The notes beneath the pieces are model-generated. The model saw only the letters and a list, made by a program, of their open reading frames with translations. It was not told the origin of the DNA and searched no databases. A stretch of 64,000 nucleotides of DNA from Basidiobolus meristosporus CBS 931.73 (taxonomy: Eukaryota > Fungi > Basidiobolomycota). The translations under genes and the position numbers were made by a program. The DNA is taken from contig MCFE01000170.1 in the NCBI GenBank assembly GCA_002104905.1, positions 1 to 64,000 of the forward strand. Reading direction: 5' to 3'. The first letter of the stretch is position 1. Each line of letters starts with the position of its first letter. Below, in pieces: positions 40,836 to 54,100 of the stretch.

Positions 40836-41920
40836 TCAAGGGATTCCAGGTATAGCAACCGACGCTAATTTAGGTGGATGCGCATGGTGACCCATCCTAC
40901 TGATGCTCACTTTAAGTTTAGCTGATTTGGTGATCACCCATTGGTGGTAGGTACTCCACAAGATGGTGCGTATTGCCTTCGTTCTACGGGAGCTTCGTCT
41001 CAGCCTTGACGACCCCTGGCTAACGGATCAAATGATAACTAGTGGAGAATCTAACAATGTTGCTGCCGACTTGTGCTGTATGAGACTTGCAAGTATACAT
41101 GTATTGCTGCTGATGTTTAGTTGGTTTTCAGTGATCCACTGAGTACCTTTGATGCAGGCATCTAAATTTCATATATGGGCGATTATTGAAATATTGGCTT
41201 GCGTATTAAACACTGATTCATGGAGGTGCCACTCAATACCGCCTAATATGTCCCAGAAAACCCCATCTGGGATTCCCCGACTCCTATAGCAACTAGCAAA
41301 TCCGTGCTCGACGGTTTCTCGACCTAGGGTGGTAAATTGAATACCAGCTTTCACTCAGCCTTGGAAATTATTGTGAGCATCCATAATGCCATTTTGCGTA
41401 GCACAGGTGGGACTGCCAATTCCTAGGTTAATTATACTCGCTACCCCTTCGCTTGTGTAGCGCTCATTCCTCATGTCGAATCTTTCAATGGGAATTGGCT
41501 AGCGGAATCTGTGACCACTCCAGTATTTTTTGCCAGGGATTATTACCAAATGTCGCATTAGTTTTACCATTTCACAGAATGTTTGGTGAGAATAAACCCA
41601 CAGACCTACGCTAAAAGTCTTGGTTGGCTATGCATTAGCTTTGAAAGCCTTTGAGGGGCTTGGGCCTTTATTCTTACTCAGCATTGCCTCATCTATGATA
41701 TATCGGAGGTGGAATTCTTCTATCGAGGTAAACTGATAGAAGACTCCTAAGCTGTGCGAGCAGAATTTGTAATCAATTATTGCGATGGTTTCAGGCTCAT
41801 CCCACATAAAATCATCTGCCTACGCTCGATGTTGCACAGCAGCTTTTGATATATCAGGCTTAATCTTTGGCAAATTCAATGTCAATAAATCTGGCGCTAG
41901 ATTCAATTCAGATGCAATTA
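40836..41920 (-). pseudogene. Intronless decayed CDS (~360 codons, 6 internal stops), family unknown
   Basis: A single minus-strand frame read by hand: LIASELNL..ADDFMWDEPETIAIIDYK..INLGIGSP..GIPDGVFWDILGGIEWHLHES..; about 20 stops would be expected by chance. Confidence 0.45.
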
Positions 41921-42099
41921 ATTAGTCCAAAAGCTAAATATCAATGTAGCAGGGCCTAATATTTGGCCAATGTCTTTGATATTTAATCCGGACTTGTGAC
42001 AATAGTGGAAGGTCTTTTCATCATCATTATCATCTGGAGAGGTTGGATGAATGAAATATTTACAAGGCAGTCCATATAGTTCAAGCTGCACATTTCTTT

Positions 42100-43450
42100 A
42101 ATGACCTTCTGAAATATACTCCAGCATTGAGTCTTGCTGAGATCTACTCAATGGCAGCTGTCATGCTTTTACATATCAAGTTGCTGCTTTGACCAGTTAT
42201 TAGACACCTGTTTGAAGATTTCTGCTCTGCTGATTCAACAGCCATGCTCTATACCAGGTTATCATGCTCAGACTATGAGGTGCTACTGAACACCATCACA
42301 TGCATCAACAAAAGAGCAGTTGGTCAACAGCTTTCTTTGGTACTCAGTTCAAAAGTAAGGCTAGGTTTGGAAAAAGCAATGCCAATAGGTTGACCCACAA
42401 AGATCATAATGATCACTCCTCAGGCTCATAAACAGGTACACAAGTAGTGACACTCAATGCTACCAGCTCTCTATGGCTTCCATCAAAACTCATCATTCAA
42501 AGAGTAACTCTGCCATAAATACCCTTTGCTCATAACCTTGGCACAAACTGTGCAGTTTTATGTCATACTTAATCTAATTGTTCCCATAAGTTATGGTCCT
42601 CAGTCAGCACTACAAGGTCAGCACTACAAGGTCAGCACCTCATCTGTCAGTTTTTGCAATAAACCCTTGCAATATTCAAGTATATTTTTTTGAGCATTAC
42701 ACTTGAAAAAGTGATGCAACAACTTACTGTGCCTGTTGCTGTTCCAAAACTCAACTGTAAGCATCATGACAATTCTTGGATTTTTTGACATTATTGCTTT
42801 GCCAGTCAGTGGGAACTCCACTTTGCCTACAATTGCAGATATGGAGGCTGTGGTAGGTAAAGTGCCTTTTTTGGCAAACTTGTCTAGCTCACTCCCTATA
42901 GGAATTATTGTGACAATACAATCAAATGGTTGTTACAAGTTTAAAATACCATGACTAGGAGGTATTGTTCCCATTAGGACACTGTGCAAAGATTGTTGAA
43001 AAAAATTGCATCCCAAAGTTCAAAAGAACTTTGACAAAACTTTCCATTACAACAGTAAACATGTGGCTTTAATTGGTTTTCTGCCAATTCTCTCACTTTC
43101 TGATCCCAGACACTCACTCACCTCCTGCATTTGTGCATATTGATTGACTATTGCCTCACTTTCACATTCCCTACTTCCTGACTCAACTAATTTTCTTACT
43201 TTTGATGCATACAATTTGGTTTATTTCTGTTGAAGCTTCAGTTGTTACTCCATTGCCAATTGTACCAACTTATACAAGTCACTATACTCAATAATAACAT
43301 TAAGCCTAACCCCATATTTAACAAGTAACCACATTAAAATTCACCACTTGGTTAGTATTGCTGCCATAGCACCATTTTTCCATGACTTGGTGGGAACACT
43401 ACAGTTTCATGCTATTTTTCATTCACTGGTTCCCATACATCCTAGTCTTC
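42100..43450. mobile_element. Rearranged fragments of the CACTA-like element's second ORF (copy A)
   Basis: 42600-42920 matches about 51690-51990, 42950-43450 matches about 51180-51680, and about 42310-42360 encodes RAVGQQL like 53130 (RRTVGQQL). Boundaries approximate. Confidence 0.7.
42603..42638 (+). repeat. 14-bp tandem repeat GTCAGCACTACAAG x2.6
   Basis: Exact units at 42603 and 42617, partial unit at 42631. Confidence 0.9.
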
Positions 43451-44149
43451 AGACAGCATTGTCAAGTAAGTTTTTAGCTGCTAAATGATACCAAATAGCT
43501 CAATATTTCAACAGTGGCATGGCATTGTTGAAGTCTTAGTGTGCTCCACCGTTATATGAGTGGATCTAACTGGCCAGTACATCCTATTGCCTTTTATGGC
43601 AAAAAACTTGATGGTATTTTGAAGGCCACTTTGCAATCCTCTGACAGCATTATCACAGCAGTATGGTAGCCTACAGCTAGTTCTGTATTGTGCTACCATA
43701 CCAATTTACTAAATGGTATTTCCTTTTTCTACCTCCCCTTGTGTAATTCATATATTCCACTGTAGTATCACCCCTCTTTATTTGCTTACCCACTACTACC
43801 TTGGGTATTCCACATATGGTTTGAATCAAAAAATACTATGGCCTCCTGCTTCCTAACCTCTACAAACATGCACACCTGCTACAATCAACATACTTCTATC
43901 ACCTCAACCTTACAGCTTTTAGTGTGATACTTGCAAAGTTGCCATATACCTTGTATTACTGCTGACATATACATCTTGCAAACAAATGATTGGTTGTTGC
44001 CACTTCTGCCATGAATACCTCCTGAATATCTGCAAAGAGCTTCTTGGCATTTAGGCAATATATTCCTTCTCCCTGCTGGATTCTAGTCCCCCTTATAGGT
44101 GCATACTGGCTCTTGTATGTGTGAATTCCATATTGAATGCTGTATAAAT

Positions 44150-44499
44150 TGCTGTAAGAGTCTTGGAGATATTGGAAGTGATTGGGAGAATAAGTAGATT
44201 ATGTGGTTTTCACTTAATGATTTATTGAATGTAAGAGTAGTGTTTATACTTTTATATGATCTTGGCGTAACAAACACATAGAATAGCCTAAGGAAGGTCC
44301 CAAGAACATGTGTGCAAAGTTTGGGGCTGTTTGGACAACTTTGAGAATTCTCATATTCAGGGTACCTGGTATTTTGGTGAAAATATTCTAAGTAAATCCC
44401 AACAAGGAATATGGTCAGTTTTCTCTAGGATTTGAAGGTAAAGATCAAAGTGACTAAGTTGGGTGAATATTTAGGTGGAAATTACAAATTTTTACAACA
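44150..44499 (-). repeat. Solo LTR, family A, nested in the CACTA transposase
   Basis: TGCTGTAA...TTACAACA, TSD TAAAT/TAAGT. The empty site is visible in copy C near 55390. Confidence 0.9.
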
Positions 44500-45175
44500 T
44501 AAGTTGGCTTGTGACCAAGAGAAATTCAGCATACCTTGGTAGAGTCTTCCTAATAAAAATTAGTCACTTGTTGCACCCAACCAACTTTGCATTACTTAAC
44601 TGATTATCTATGCATTGGGGCTGCTTAGCTTCTTAATGCCATAAGCATAGGTGTCTCCATGTACACATCTGTCCTCAGTATTTCCAACTCTTCCTGGCTG
44701 TCCTCCATGTGCTAACTCATCATATCCATGATGGACTTGAAGGTAATATTCTTGATGAGATTGGGATATGGTAGTACCTGCAACTTGACTTGTCTCTCTA
44801 TCTCCCCACACATCTGCTCCATAGAAAACTCCCAAAAGGTGAAGCAAGGTCCAATATTCTCTACACACCAAGCATAATGGAGTAGCAAATGGATACAGTA
44901 GTGGCAGAGATCTATGCATTCCACTTTATGTTTGTAGTATAGCTGCTCAATTCCCATCACAAACTCTTTGCACAAAGCTGTAGATGCATCAGATTGGCAT
45001 TGGTGATCCACTTCTGGATAAATATTTCTACAATGTTCACATATGACTCCCAATGCTTCCAGTGTACTCTTAGTAGAAATGGCTTCAGAAGGCCACTTGA
45101 ATAAATACTTATCCAGCTCATTCAGTCCTTGCACTTTTATTGTTGCATATGCTTATGAATGCTGATTGGAGCCGG

Positions 45176-45979
45176 TGTGGTAGGGTAAACATACCTCCCA
45201 CAGACAAGTTTATTCATATAGTCATTATGATATACTTATCCATATTTTATCTTATCAGTATTATCCCATTCTTCTTTTGCCCATATTATCAGTATTATCC
45301 TCATATGATGTTTACCCTGATTAGTTATTAGCATTAGTTATCCCAGATGTTATTCAGCTTTGTGATCAGTAGATGTATCTATATAAGGCAAGTACCCGCG
45401 TCAGTACCCGTGACACATGACCTAGGTCTGTGTTACCATCTCTACCATTTCAATACCATATATGGTATTTCTATGTTGCACAGGTTTCAGACTACTGATT
45501 CCTGATTGGTTGAGAGTGCTGTGCCTTTTAGAACCTTCCAGGACATTCTTGGCATATTTTTAGCTCATAGTGATGTCATCAAGAATTCCACTGATACCTA
45601 GAATCTTCTAGAACCTTGTCATTAGTAATCACTTGGCAATCAGGAAAAGTATTTAAGGGAAAGCAATCCCTCATCAATAAATCATCCCTTCTATCAGTAA
45701 CACTTCTACCTTATTGATTAGCAGTTGATCACTGCACCTGCCTTCAACAGTACATCTCAGACCTGCCATCAAGGAGCTTTTCAGGGTAGTGCACAAGACA
45801 CACAGAGGCCTTTGGAGACACTTGGAGCACCTAGGAAGCTAGAGAAGCAGGAGCTTTTACCATAGTGACATATTGACAAAGACACCAGCAGTTTAGACAC
45901 AGAGGTTATTGCACCCATCAGACACCTCACACACCTTGAGTTGTGTAGCTTCTCCCAGGAGTACCTCTACACCACCACA
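45176..45979 (+). repeat. Solo LTR, family B1 (~800 bp), 4-bp TSD CCGG
   Basis: TGTGGT...ACCACA flanked by CCGG/CCGG. Empty sites at about 54715 and 61335. Confidence 0.88.
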
Positions 45980-46142
45980 CCGGTGAGAAGTACTTAGGGT
46001 AGCAGATACTCTGTAAAATCTTGCCAAACCTTTCAAATTTCTCCAGTATCTCAAAGGGCTCATTTAGCTTGAAATGCCCCATGCACAACTTGGTCATCAG
46101 TATTGGGATATTGCTGAAAAGCAAATGCATTGCTCACAGCAG

Positions 46143-47184
46143 TGTAGTGGGGTGACAGTGACACCTACCAACAGATGTGCTCATTCCCATATTTTCTACT
46201 TCCCTATATCTGTACTACACTTATTTTAGTTTATCCCATTTGTCTTACCTGATCAGTACTATCCCATAGGCCGGTTGACTATCACACCTGCTTACCATAT
46301 TGCATAAGTTATCCCTCACTTTATGTAAGATTACTAGCTAAAAGCACTTCTATATTAGGCAAGTACCTGCGCCAGTACCCGTGACACATGATCAACCCAT
46401 GTCACCATCCCTGCCATCTACATACCATATATGGTACCCCTATGTTACACAGGTTTCATAATACTGATTCCTGATTGGTTGGATGTGCTGTGCCTCTTAG
46501 AACATTCTGGCACCTACTTAGAATACTCTTAGCTCATTCTGATGTCATTAAGATTTCTATTGATCTCTGGAACCTTCTGGAACACCATGATTAGTATCAC
46601 TTAGCCAGTGAGAAAAGTATATAAGGGAGGCAATCCCTCAACAATAAATCATCATCCCTTTTATCAATATACCAACTTGTTGATTAGTGTAATCACTGCT
46701 ACCTGAACTTCCAACCCCAGACCACAGGACACTCCCAGGAAACTGCACTGACAGCCAACTGACCCTGGAGGCACTACTTGTGAGGAATGCTCAGAGTAGG
46801 TATCTTTTATTATATTTGATTCTTTCCCAAGTTTGTTCTTGTACAGGCAAAGATACTTTTCTGTCTTTGTAACTGTTGACCACAGCTGCATTCTTATCAA
46901 GTCCCTGCTGGTGGAGTTTACAGTTGTGTTGATTTTGGAAACTTTAGTACATTGTCATCTCAAAGGACGCTGAACCCAGCACATACTTTTGTTAAGATGC
47001 CAACTAAGTGGGGGATTGTAGCTCAATAGTTTTCCCTTGACAAGCTTGTGGCTTTATTCCCCATCACATTAGATTAAAGACAGAACCCAAGTATACCTAG
47101 CAAGCTCTTGCCAGTAGTTATTGCACCCAGTGAGCACCCCACACCCAAAACAGTTGAGAAGTGTTGGACTTATACACCACCACA
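46143..47184 (+). repeat. Solo LTR, family B2 (~1040 bp), degenerate 4-bp TSD
   Basis: TGTAGTGG...CACCACA flanked by GCAG/GTGG. Empty site CCCAGCAGAAAGCTTTT at about 61480. Confidence 0.85.
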
Positions 47185-49958
47185 GTGGTAAGCTTTTGCT
47201 CCAACAGATACCCTCTATCTTAAGTATCTCCGGTTTCCAATTAATTTCATCATCTGGTCAATGGTTTATAGCTTGCCAACCTTGCTGCAATTGCATGCTG
47301 ACCTCTGTATGCTCTCCCTGCAGAAAGATGATGTTCCTAGTGTTGGTGTTTTGGTAATTACAATGTGAGAGAGATATGGAGTAAATGTCAAGGATCTCAC
47401 ACATTCAACAGCAATACTGTCTATTGTGTCCAGAAAAGCTGGCAATCTTGCTGATGGCTAGGGTATCTCCAATGCAGATAATAATATGCACTTTGACATG
47501 ATGGCCATTTACTGCTATCCTGCTGGAAAGCATACAAAATTGATCCGGCAATGGATACAGGTAGCCATCCAGGTAGGATGGTGATTTAGGCATAGATGCC
47601 AGTGAGACTACCATCAGATTCCTGCTCTCATACTGTAGAATAGGCAGCAGATTCAGGTTGATGAGAATCAGTGGCCAGCAGGAATTGCTGGTAGAGTACT
47701 TGTTAAACAGGAGTCCATCAAGTGCCAAGGCAAAGGCATGGTCATACATACCTTCAAAGTAGCCCTTGCTTCTTAGCTGTATGAAATGTTTGTTATCAAA
47801 TATATTGGATATGTTTGCACTTGACTGATACCAAGTGTGGTACTCTATTGCTTCACAATTCTTGTTGGACTGCATAAGCTTCTTTAGACAGGGTATTGCC
47901 AGAATATATCTGGAGTGGGAACAATATTTTTTCTCAATGGTGGTGGTTTCCAGACAAGTTGGACACCTTGCAATGGTGGCACTGTCTGATGTGAATGCCA
48001 TGCAACTATTATCACATGCTGGTATCAGGATGGTCTCTGGGGCATATTTTGCCAGCTGCATAATGATTATTCACTTAAACCTTGTACATGGCAGGTTGCA
48101 TCCCAGGATGATTTTAGCAAGAAGTAGAAGTAAATCCTCAAAGCTCCCATTGCTTATATCAGAGGAAATGCGCCTCTTCTCTAGCCACACCATCACATCA
48201 TTCACCAGTAGAAGGATCACTGGGCTCACTTGACTCCATAAAGTATCCTCAGCATTTTTTCTATGGGTGTTGTCTCACTGCCTAATGAGATTTTGCTGGG
48301 CTCATGCAGGGTTCAGTTGTTAGGGCAGATAGGCTCACAATCCAATGTGCTTGACTTGCTCCATGAGCATTATCCTGGATTCAAACAAGCAAATGGATTT
48401 TTGGCCAGTATTTGTATGCCAAGAAAGTATCTCAAGAATAGCAGAGACTATCAGAGGCAGAAGAACACAGGTGCAATGGCAAACAACCAGCAGCTTCCTC
48501 AAGAGCCTGTTACAAGTAGGGCCAAAAGCTCCAAACAAGCATCAAAAAGAAATTGAGTAGCTGGAAGAGTACCAATCAGTAAAAAGCAGGCAGACACATA
48601 TGCACCAGCACAACACTGACCAAGCAAAAAGCATAGCTCTACTCCAGAAGCACTCAGTCAAAATAGCAGTGAAGGACCTGGTAGTGATAATAACAAGCAG
48701 CTATGTCAGGAGCCCATCACAGCATGGGCTGAGAGCTCAAAACAAGCATAAAAGAGCATCAGGTTGCCTGCAGAGTGCCAGCAAGGGACAAGCAGGCTAA
48801 AACAGATGCATCAGAGCAGCATATATCATGGAGAATACATAGTTCAATACAAGCAGCATTCAGACAAAGTAGCAGTGAAAGACCTTGCAATGATAATGGC
48901 AAAGGTAAGCAGAAAAAGTCTACCCAAGCCAGAGACAGAGAAGCATGAGAAGAAGCTGCAGCTTATGCCAATTAACATTGTAAGCCCAGAACAGACTAAA
49001 TACCATCATAGCCAAGAAGAATTACCAACAAGAAAACAGCTGTTTTCACAAGAGTTGGGAGTGCAGCCAGTTGGACTACACTCCAGTAAGGTAGATAAGC
49101 TTGCAGAGAAAGGCAATCTGTCTACCACAGCCTCCACATCCTACATTGCTTACAGAGTGGAGTTTCCACTGACAGATAAAGTAACAATGTCAAGAACTCA
49201 AATGGTTATTACAATGCCCTCAGTAGAATTCTGGAACATTAATTGGCACACCAAGATGTTGCAGCAGTTCTTCAATAGCAGTGTTCAAGAAAACACACTT
49301 GCTTATTGCAAGGACTGGCAGATGAGGTGCTAGAGCTTGCTGTACAGGCTGAAGACCAGGACATATGGGAACCAGTGAATGAACAGTGGCATGAAGCTGT
49401 AGGGTTCCCATCAAAGTCATGGAAACAGAGTGTAGCAGCAGAAATACTTACTGAGTGGTGGATTCTAATAGGGGTTCTTGTTGAGTGTGGGGTAGGGCTT
49501 AATGTTAGTGTAGGGTGTAGGGACTTGTATAGGCCAATACAATTGGCAGTTGAGGTACAACTGAAGTTTCAATGGAAATAAATCAATCTGTATGCATGAA
49601 AAGTAAGAGAAATGGGCAAGTCAGGAAGTAAGGAGTGTGAAAAAGATGCAATAGCCCATCAATGCATACAAATGTAGGAGGTGATAAAGTGTCTGGGATC
49701 CAAAAGTGAGAAAACTAGCAGAGAACCAATTAAACACCACCTTTGTATTGGAGTGATGAAATATTTTGACCAAGTTTTTTGCAAAATAAGGGGTGCAATT
49801 ATTTTTTCATGGGCTTTGCACAGTATCCTGATGGGATCAATACCTCTTAGTCACAGGACTTATAATTTGTGACAGCCTTTTGATGGGATCATCATAATAA
49901 CTTTCATAGGGCTTGATGGCAGGCATTGTGATAGTCTTTTGAGTTCTTGACATTGTTG

Positions 49959-50285
49959 TGTTACAAGTCTTGATATAAGAGTTGTAGAGGAATAGGGAGT
50001 TTAGCTAGTATTGTATTCACTAAAGCTTCAACTGACTTTTATTGAGGTTCCAGCAGCCCCTTATATACATTTTGCCAGATCAATTGCCAACTAATTGTAT
50101 TTTCAATGTAGGTTGCGGCTGATGACTCTTTTGATTGCATCATCATCTCCCAATAAGATCCTACTTGATATATCTATTCCTGTCTGATAAGAATCTGGTG
50201 ATTCATCTACTGACTAACTCTATAGATTTGCTAGATAACACTGATATACTGATAGGCTAAACATGAACTAATTGATTTAATTAAT
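49959..50285 (-). repeat. Partial Ty3/gypsy LTR related to 60864-61232
   Basis: Reverse complement matches the 3' LTR of the gypsy element (..GACTTGTAACA end, TATATAAGG, GCTGCTGGAACCTCAATAA). Confidence 0.8.
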
Positions 50286-50289
50286 GTGT

Positions 50290-50815
50290 TCTTCAAAGCC
50301 TGCCAGGCATTCTTTGCCATTTTTGCTCTTTAGCATTGAATTAGCAATTTGCCTTTGACATTAAAGAAAATGCAGTTAAAGGCACTGTGTTCTTTCTTCT
50401 GGTACTTTAAGGCTTCCTCCCCACATTGCTAGTAGGGCATTCTTCTGCCATGGCAATATCCTTTGAGCCTCTTTCTTGTAACATCATCCTGATCTTCACC
50501 TTCTACCATTGGTAGTTAGCTCCATCCTACTTTTCAGTAAAGGGTAAATTTCAAGTAATACCAGTGGTAAGCATTGCAGTGGGTGTAACACTTGGGGCTT
50601 GTAGTCTGTTGTAAGAGTCTTGGAGATGTTGGAAGTGATTAGGAGAAGAACCAGAATAAGTGGTTTTTGCTCAATAATTTATGGAATGTTAATGTACTAT
50701 ATATACTTTGACTTGGTCTTGGCATTACAAGCATGCAGAATAGGTTTAGGAAGATCCCAGGAGCATGTGAGCAAAGCATGGGGCTTTTTGGACAACTTCA
50801 AAAATTTTGTGTTTG
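50290..50815 (-). mobile_element. Truncated copia 5' end: family A LTR (50607-~50815), degenerate PBS, decayed gag
   Basis: The LTR end ACAACA is followed by GACTACAAGCCC (cf. GGTTATGAGCCC), then K*DGANYQW*KVKIRMMLQER..AFNCIF..AKNAWQALK. Confidence 0.75.
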
Positions 50816-51114
50816 ATCTTCAGTGTCTTTTGATTCTTGGGGTTTGGTATAAGCACCACTGTCTCTCCCTCCCATGCTGTGATAGGTATAATTATGAACA
50901 TTATCTTTGCTATTGTAGTTGTGCTTTCAAGACTGTAAGGTGCTCCTTTGCTGTTACATTTGGAAATGGCTCAATTCTTGGCTGCAACATTGAGCTAATT
51001 GAATTCCATCTTTGCAGCAAAGATACTGCCTCCTCTACTTGGGATATTGATTGATCTACATGTGTTATCTACTCATCCTGTTTCTGGCCTATTTCTTGAC
51101 TTCTCTAGGTCACC

Positions 51115-54100
51115 CTATGAAAAATTATTGTAATGATCCCATCAAAAGGCCTTCACAGAGTTAAAGTCCTCTGACTGAAAGGTACTGATCCCATCAGGAC
51201 ACTGTGCAGAGACTGTTGAAAAATAATTGCACCCCAGATTTCACAAAAAACTTAGTCAAAATCTTTTATCACAACAATGTATAAGTGGCTTTTGATTGGT
51301 TCCCTGCCAATTTGCTCACTTTCTGATCACAGACACTCTATCACTTCCTACATTTGTGTGTATTGATTGGCTATTGTCTCTTTTTAACACTCCTTACTTC
51401 CTGACTTGATTGTTCTCTTACTTTCCATGTGTACAAATTGATTTATTTCTGCTGAAACTTCAGTTGTACCTCAATTGCCAATTGTTTTGACCCATACAAG
51501 TCCCTATATCCTACACTAACATTAAGCCCAACCCTACACTTGACAAGCAACTCCATTAAAATCCACCACTCAATAAGTATTGCTACTGTAATGCTCTGGT
51601 TCCACAACTTTGGCAGGAACCAGTTGCTCTATGCCACTATTCATTCACTGGTTCCCACATGTCCTGGACTTCAGCTGGCACTGCAAGGTATAGCACCTCA
51701 TCTGCCAGTCCTTGCAATAAGTCCTTGCAATATTCTAGTGCACTTTCTTGAGCACTGCTCTTGAAGAGGAGCTGCAACCTGTTGGTGTGCCTATTAATGT
51801 TCTTAAACTCCACTGAAGGCATTGCAATTGTCTTTTGAGCTCTTGATATTGTAGCCTTGTCTGTCAGTGGGATCTCCACTCTGTCAACAATGGAGGATGT
51901 GGAGGCCATGGTATACAAATTGCCCTTTTCTGCAAACACATCTAGCCTGTTGGAGTGTAGCTCAACTGGCTGCGCTTCCAACTCTTGTGAAAACAGCTGT
52001 TTTCTTATTGGTAATTCTTCTTGACTATGATGGGATTTGGTCTGTTCCAGGCTTGCGGCATTAATTGGCAAGAACTGCAGTTTTTTTTGCATGTCTCCCT
52101 GTCTCAGGCTTGGGTAGACATTTTTCCCTTTTCCTTTTCCTTTATCACTGCCAGGTATTTTACTGCTACTTTGTCCAAGTGCTTCTTATAATGAACTACA
52201 TTTTCTTCTTGATAAATTCTGCTCTGACGCGTCTGTTTTGGCCAGTTTGTCTCTTGCTGGCACTCTTCTGGCAACCTGAAGTTTCTTTTCCACTGGTTTT
52301 GAGCTCTCAACCATAGTTGTGACAGGCTCCTGTAAAAGCTACTGGTTTTTATCAGTGCCAGGTCCTTTGCTGCTTCTTTAACTGAGTGCTTCTTCAGTGG
52401 TACTACGCTTTTTCTTTGATAAATGCTGTGCTGGTGCATCCATCTTGGCCTGCTTGACCCTAATTGGCACTCTTCTAGCTACCTGATATCTCTTTGATGC
52501 TTGTCTGGAGCTTTTGGCCCTGCTGGTTACAAGCTCTTGAGGAAGCTGCTGGTATTTAGCCATGGCACCCTTGTTCTTCTGCCTTTAATAGTTTCTACTA
52601 TTCTTAATATACTTTCTGAGCATGTCAATGCTAGCCCAAAATCTGTTTGTCTGTTTGAATCCAGGATAATGCTCATGTAACAAGTCAAGTGCATTCTGCT
52701 TGGGCTACTTGAGTTCCTTCTTTGCAGCAAAGATACTGCTTTCTCTACCTGGGATATTGATTGCTCTACACATATTATCTGCTCATCCTGTTTCTGGACT
52801 ATTTCCTGATTTCTCTGTGCCATCACATCAATCCTATCAGCCACTGCTCCTAATTGCTTCATTAATGACTTGGTATTAGCTGACAACATACTTGCTAATA
52901 TGGGTGGTGGTGATGTTATGATGGCCACTTGCTGGTTTTCAACTGAGGGTACTGCATTTGCTATATTCCCATCTGCCCAAGCATAATGGTTGGCTTTTGG
53001 CTCTGCAGAGGTTCTCAATTGCCTACTTGACTGAGAGCCTGAGGAGTCCGCATTATTACCTTCAGTGGGCACACTGCTAACATAGCTTTTTTTGGATGTA
53101 GCCTTGCTTGTTGCACTGAATGTCAAAGCAAGCTGTTGTCCAACTGTTCTTCTGTTGCTGTCAGCAGTGGGGTTTGATTGGGAACCAGACAACTTTGCTC
53201 TATTTTCTGGCGGCATATATGTTGTTATATACACGTGTATGTGGTGCCACAACTTTATTTATAATGCTTACTATGGCAGGTCATCATTGAATCTTACATT
53301 CATGTAGGTACAATGTCTCAAATACAAGACTGTCTTAAATTCACATGAGTATTGACCAAAAAGTGATGTAATAGCGTTATGTTGCTGAAGGTCAAACTGT
53401 TTTCCCCATGGACAAGACTACTTTAACCCAACACCATAAGAGAAGAGAAAAACAACCATGTGGTTGTTGTAGCAAGCCTCTCAGCCATGAAACATGCAGA
53501 CAGCATAGAAAGTATTACAAGGATCAAGGCCAGTGTTTTGGCACACAAGTCATATTTTACCATTCATTGGTCACTACTATACTATCATTAGCTTGCTGGC
53601 CAGTTGATACTTCTATATTGGCACCTGGCTATCTTTGTCACCTTGCACAAACTGAGTCATGTGAGTTTGTGATGCCATTAGGCTCACCTCAGCCTTCTGA
53701 ATATAGCATGCAGAGTGATAGCTCTGACAAAGAAGGTTCACTGATGGATTGTGAGCCTATCTCCCCTAACAACAGTACCACATATGAGCCCAGTAAAATC
53801 CCAGTATGCAATGAGACAACACCAATTGAAACAAATGCCAAGGATATTATATGGAGCCATGTGAGCCCAGTAACCAATCTACTGGTAAATGATTTGATGT
53901 TGTGACTAGAGAAGTGGCGTGGCGTAATCAAGTGGAAACATATCCAATAGACTTGTTCCATTGGATAGTGCCACATTGAGCCATGAGTGCCAAATGATGC
54001 CATAGTGTGCCAGGTAGGCTAAGTGAATCTATGCTTGGCCACACAGTGTAAATTATAGATCTGCATCTTCATGCAAAGCAGCCCCCATGTTTCACCAATT

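Larger units (their letters stand above)
43450..49950 (-). mobile_element. CACTA/En-Spm-like DNA transposon copy B: minus-strand Tnp2-type transposase interrupted by three solo LTRs, joined at about 48345 to the plus-strand second ORF
   Basis: ACDNSCMAF..CPTC, ALALDG, SCWPLILINLNL, GDTLAISK..GHNRQYCC (47405-48061) and HLLLH..GPCFTFWEFSMEQMCG (44712-45134) are Transposase_21/DUF4218-type motifs. Confidence 0.85.

Noticed and set aside
41405-41445. EGVASI/NLGIGSP resembling CoA-transferase motifs
   Set aside because: The motif order is reversed relative to that family and no other motifs are present.
858-50815. Recurrent ~340-bp repeat considered as a MITE or CRISPR-like array
   Set aside because: TG...CA ends, 5-bp TSDs, an upstream PPT at 849 and a downstream PBS-gag at 50606 identify it as a copia LTR. 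There is no repeat-spacer periodicity.
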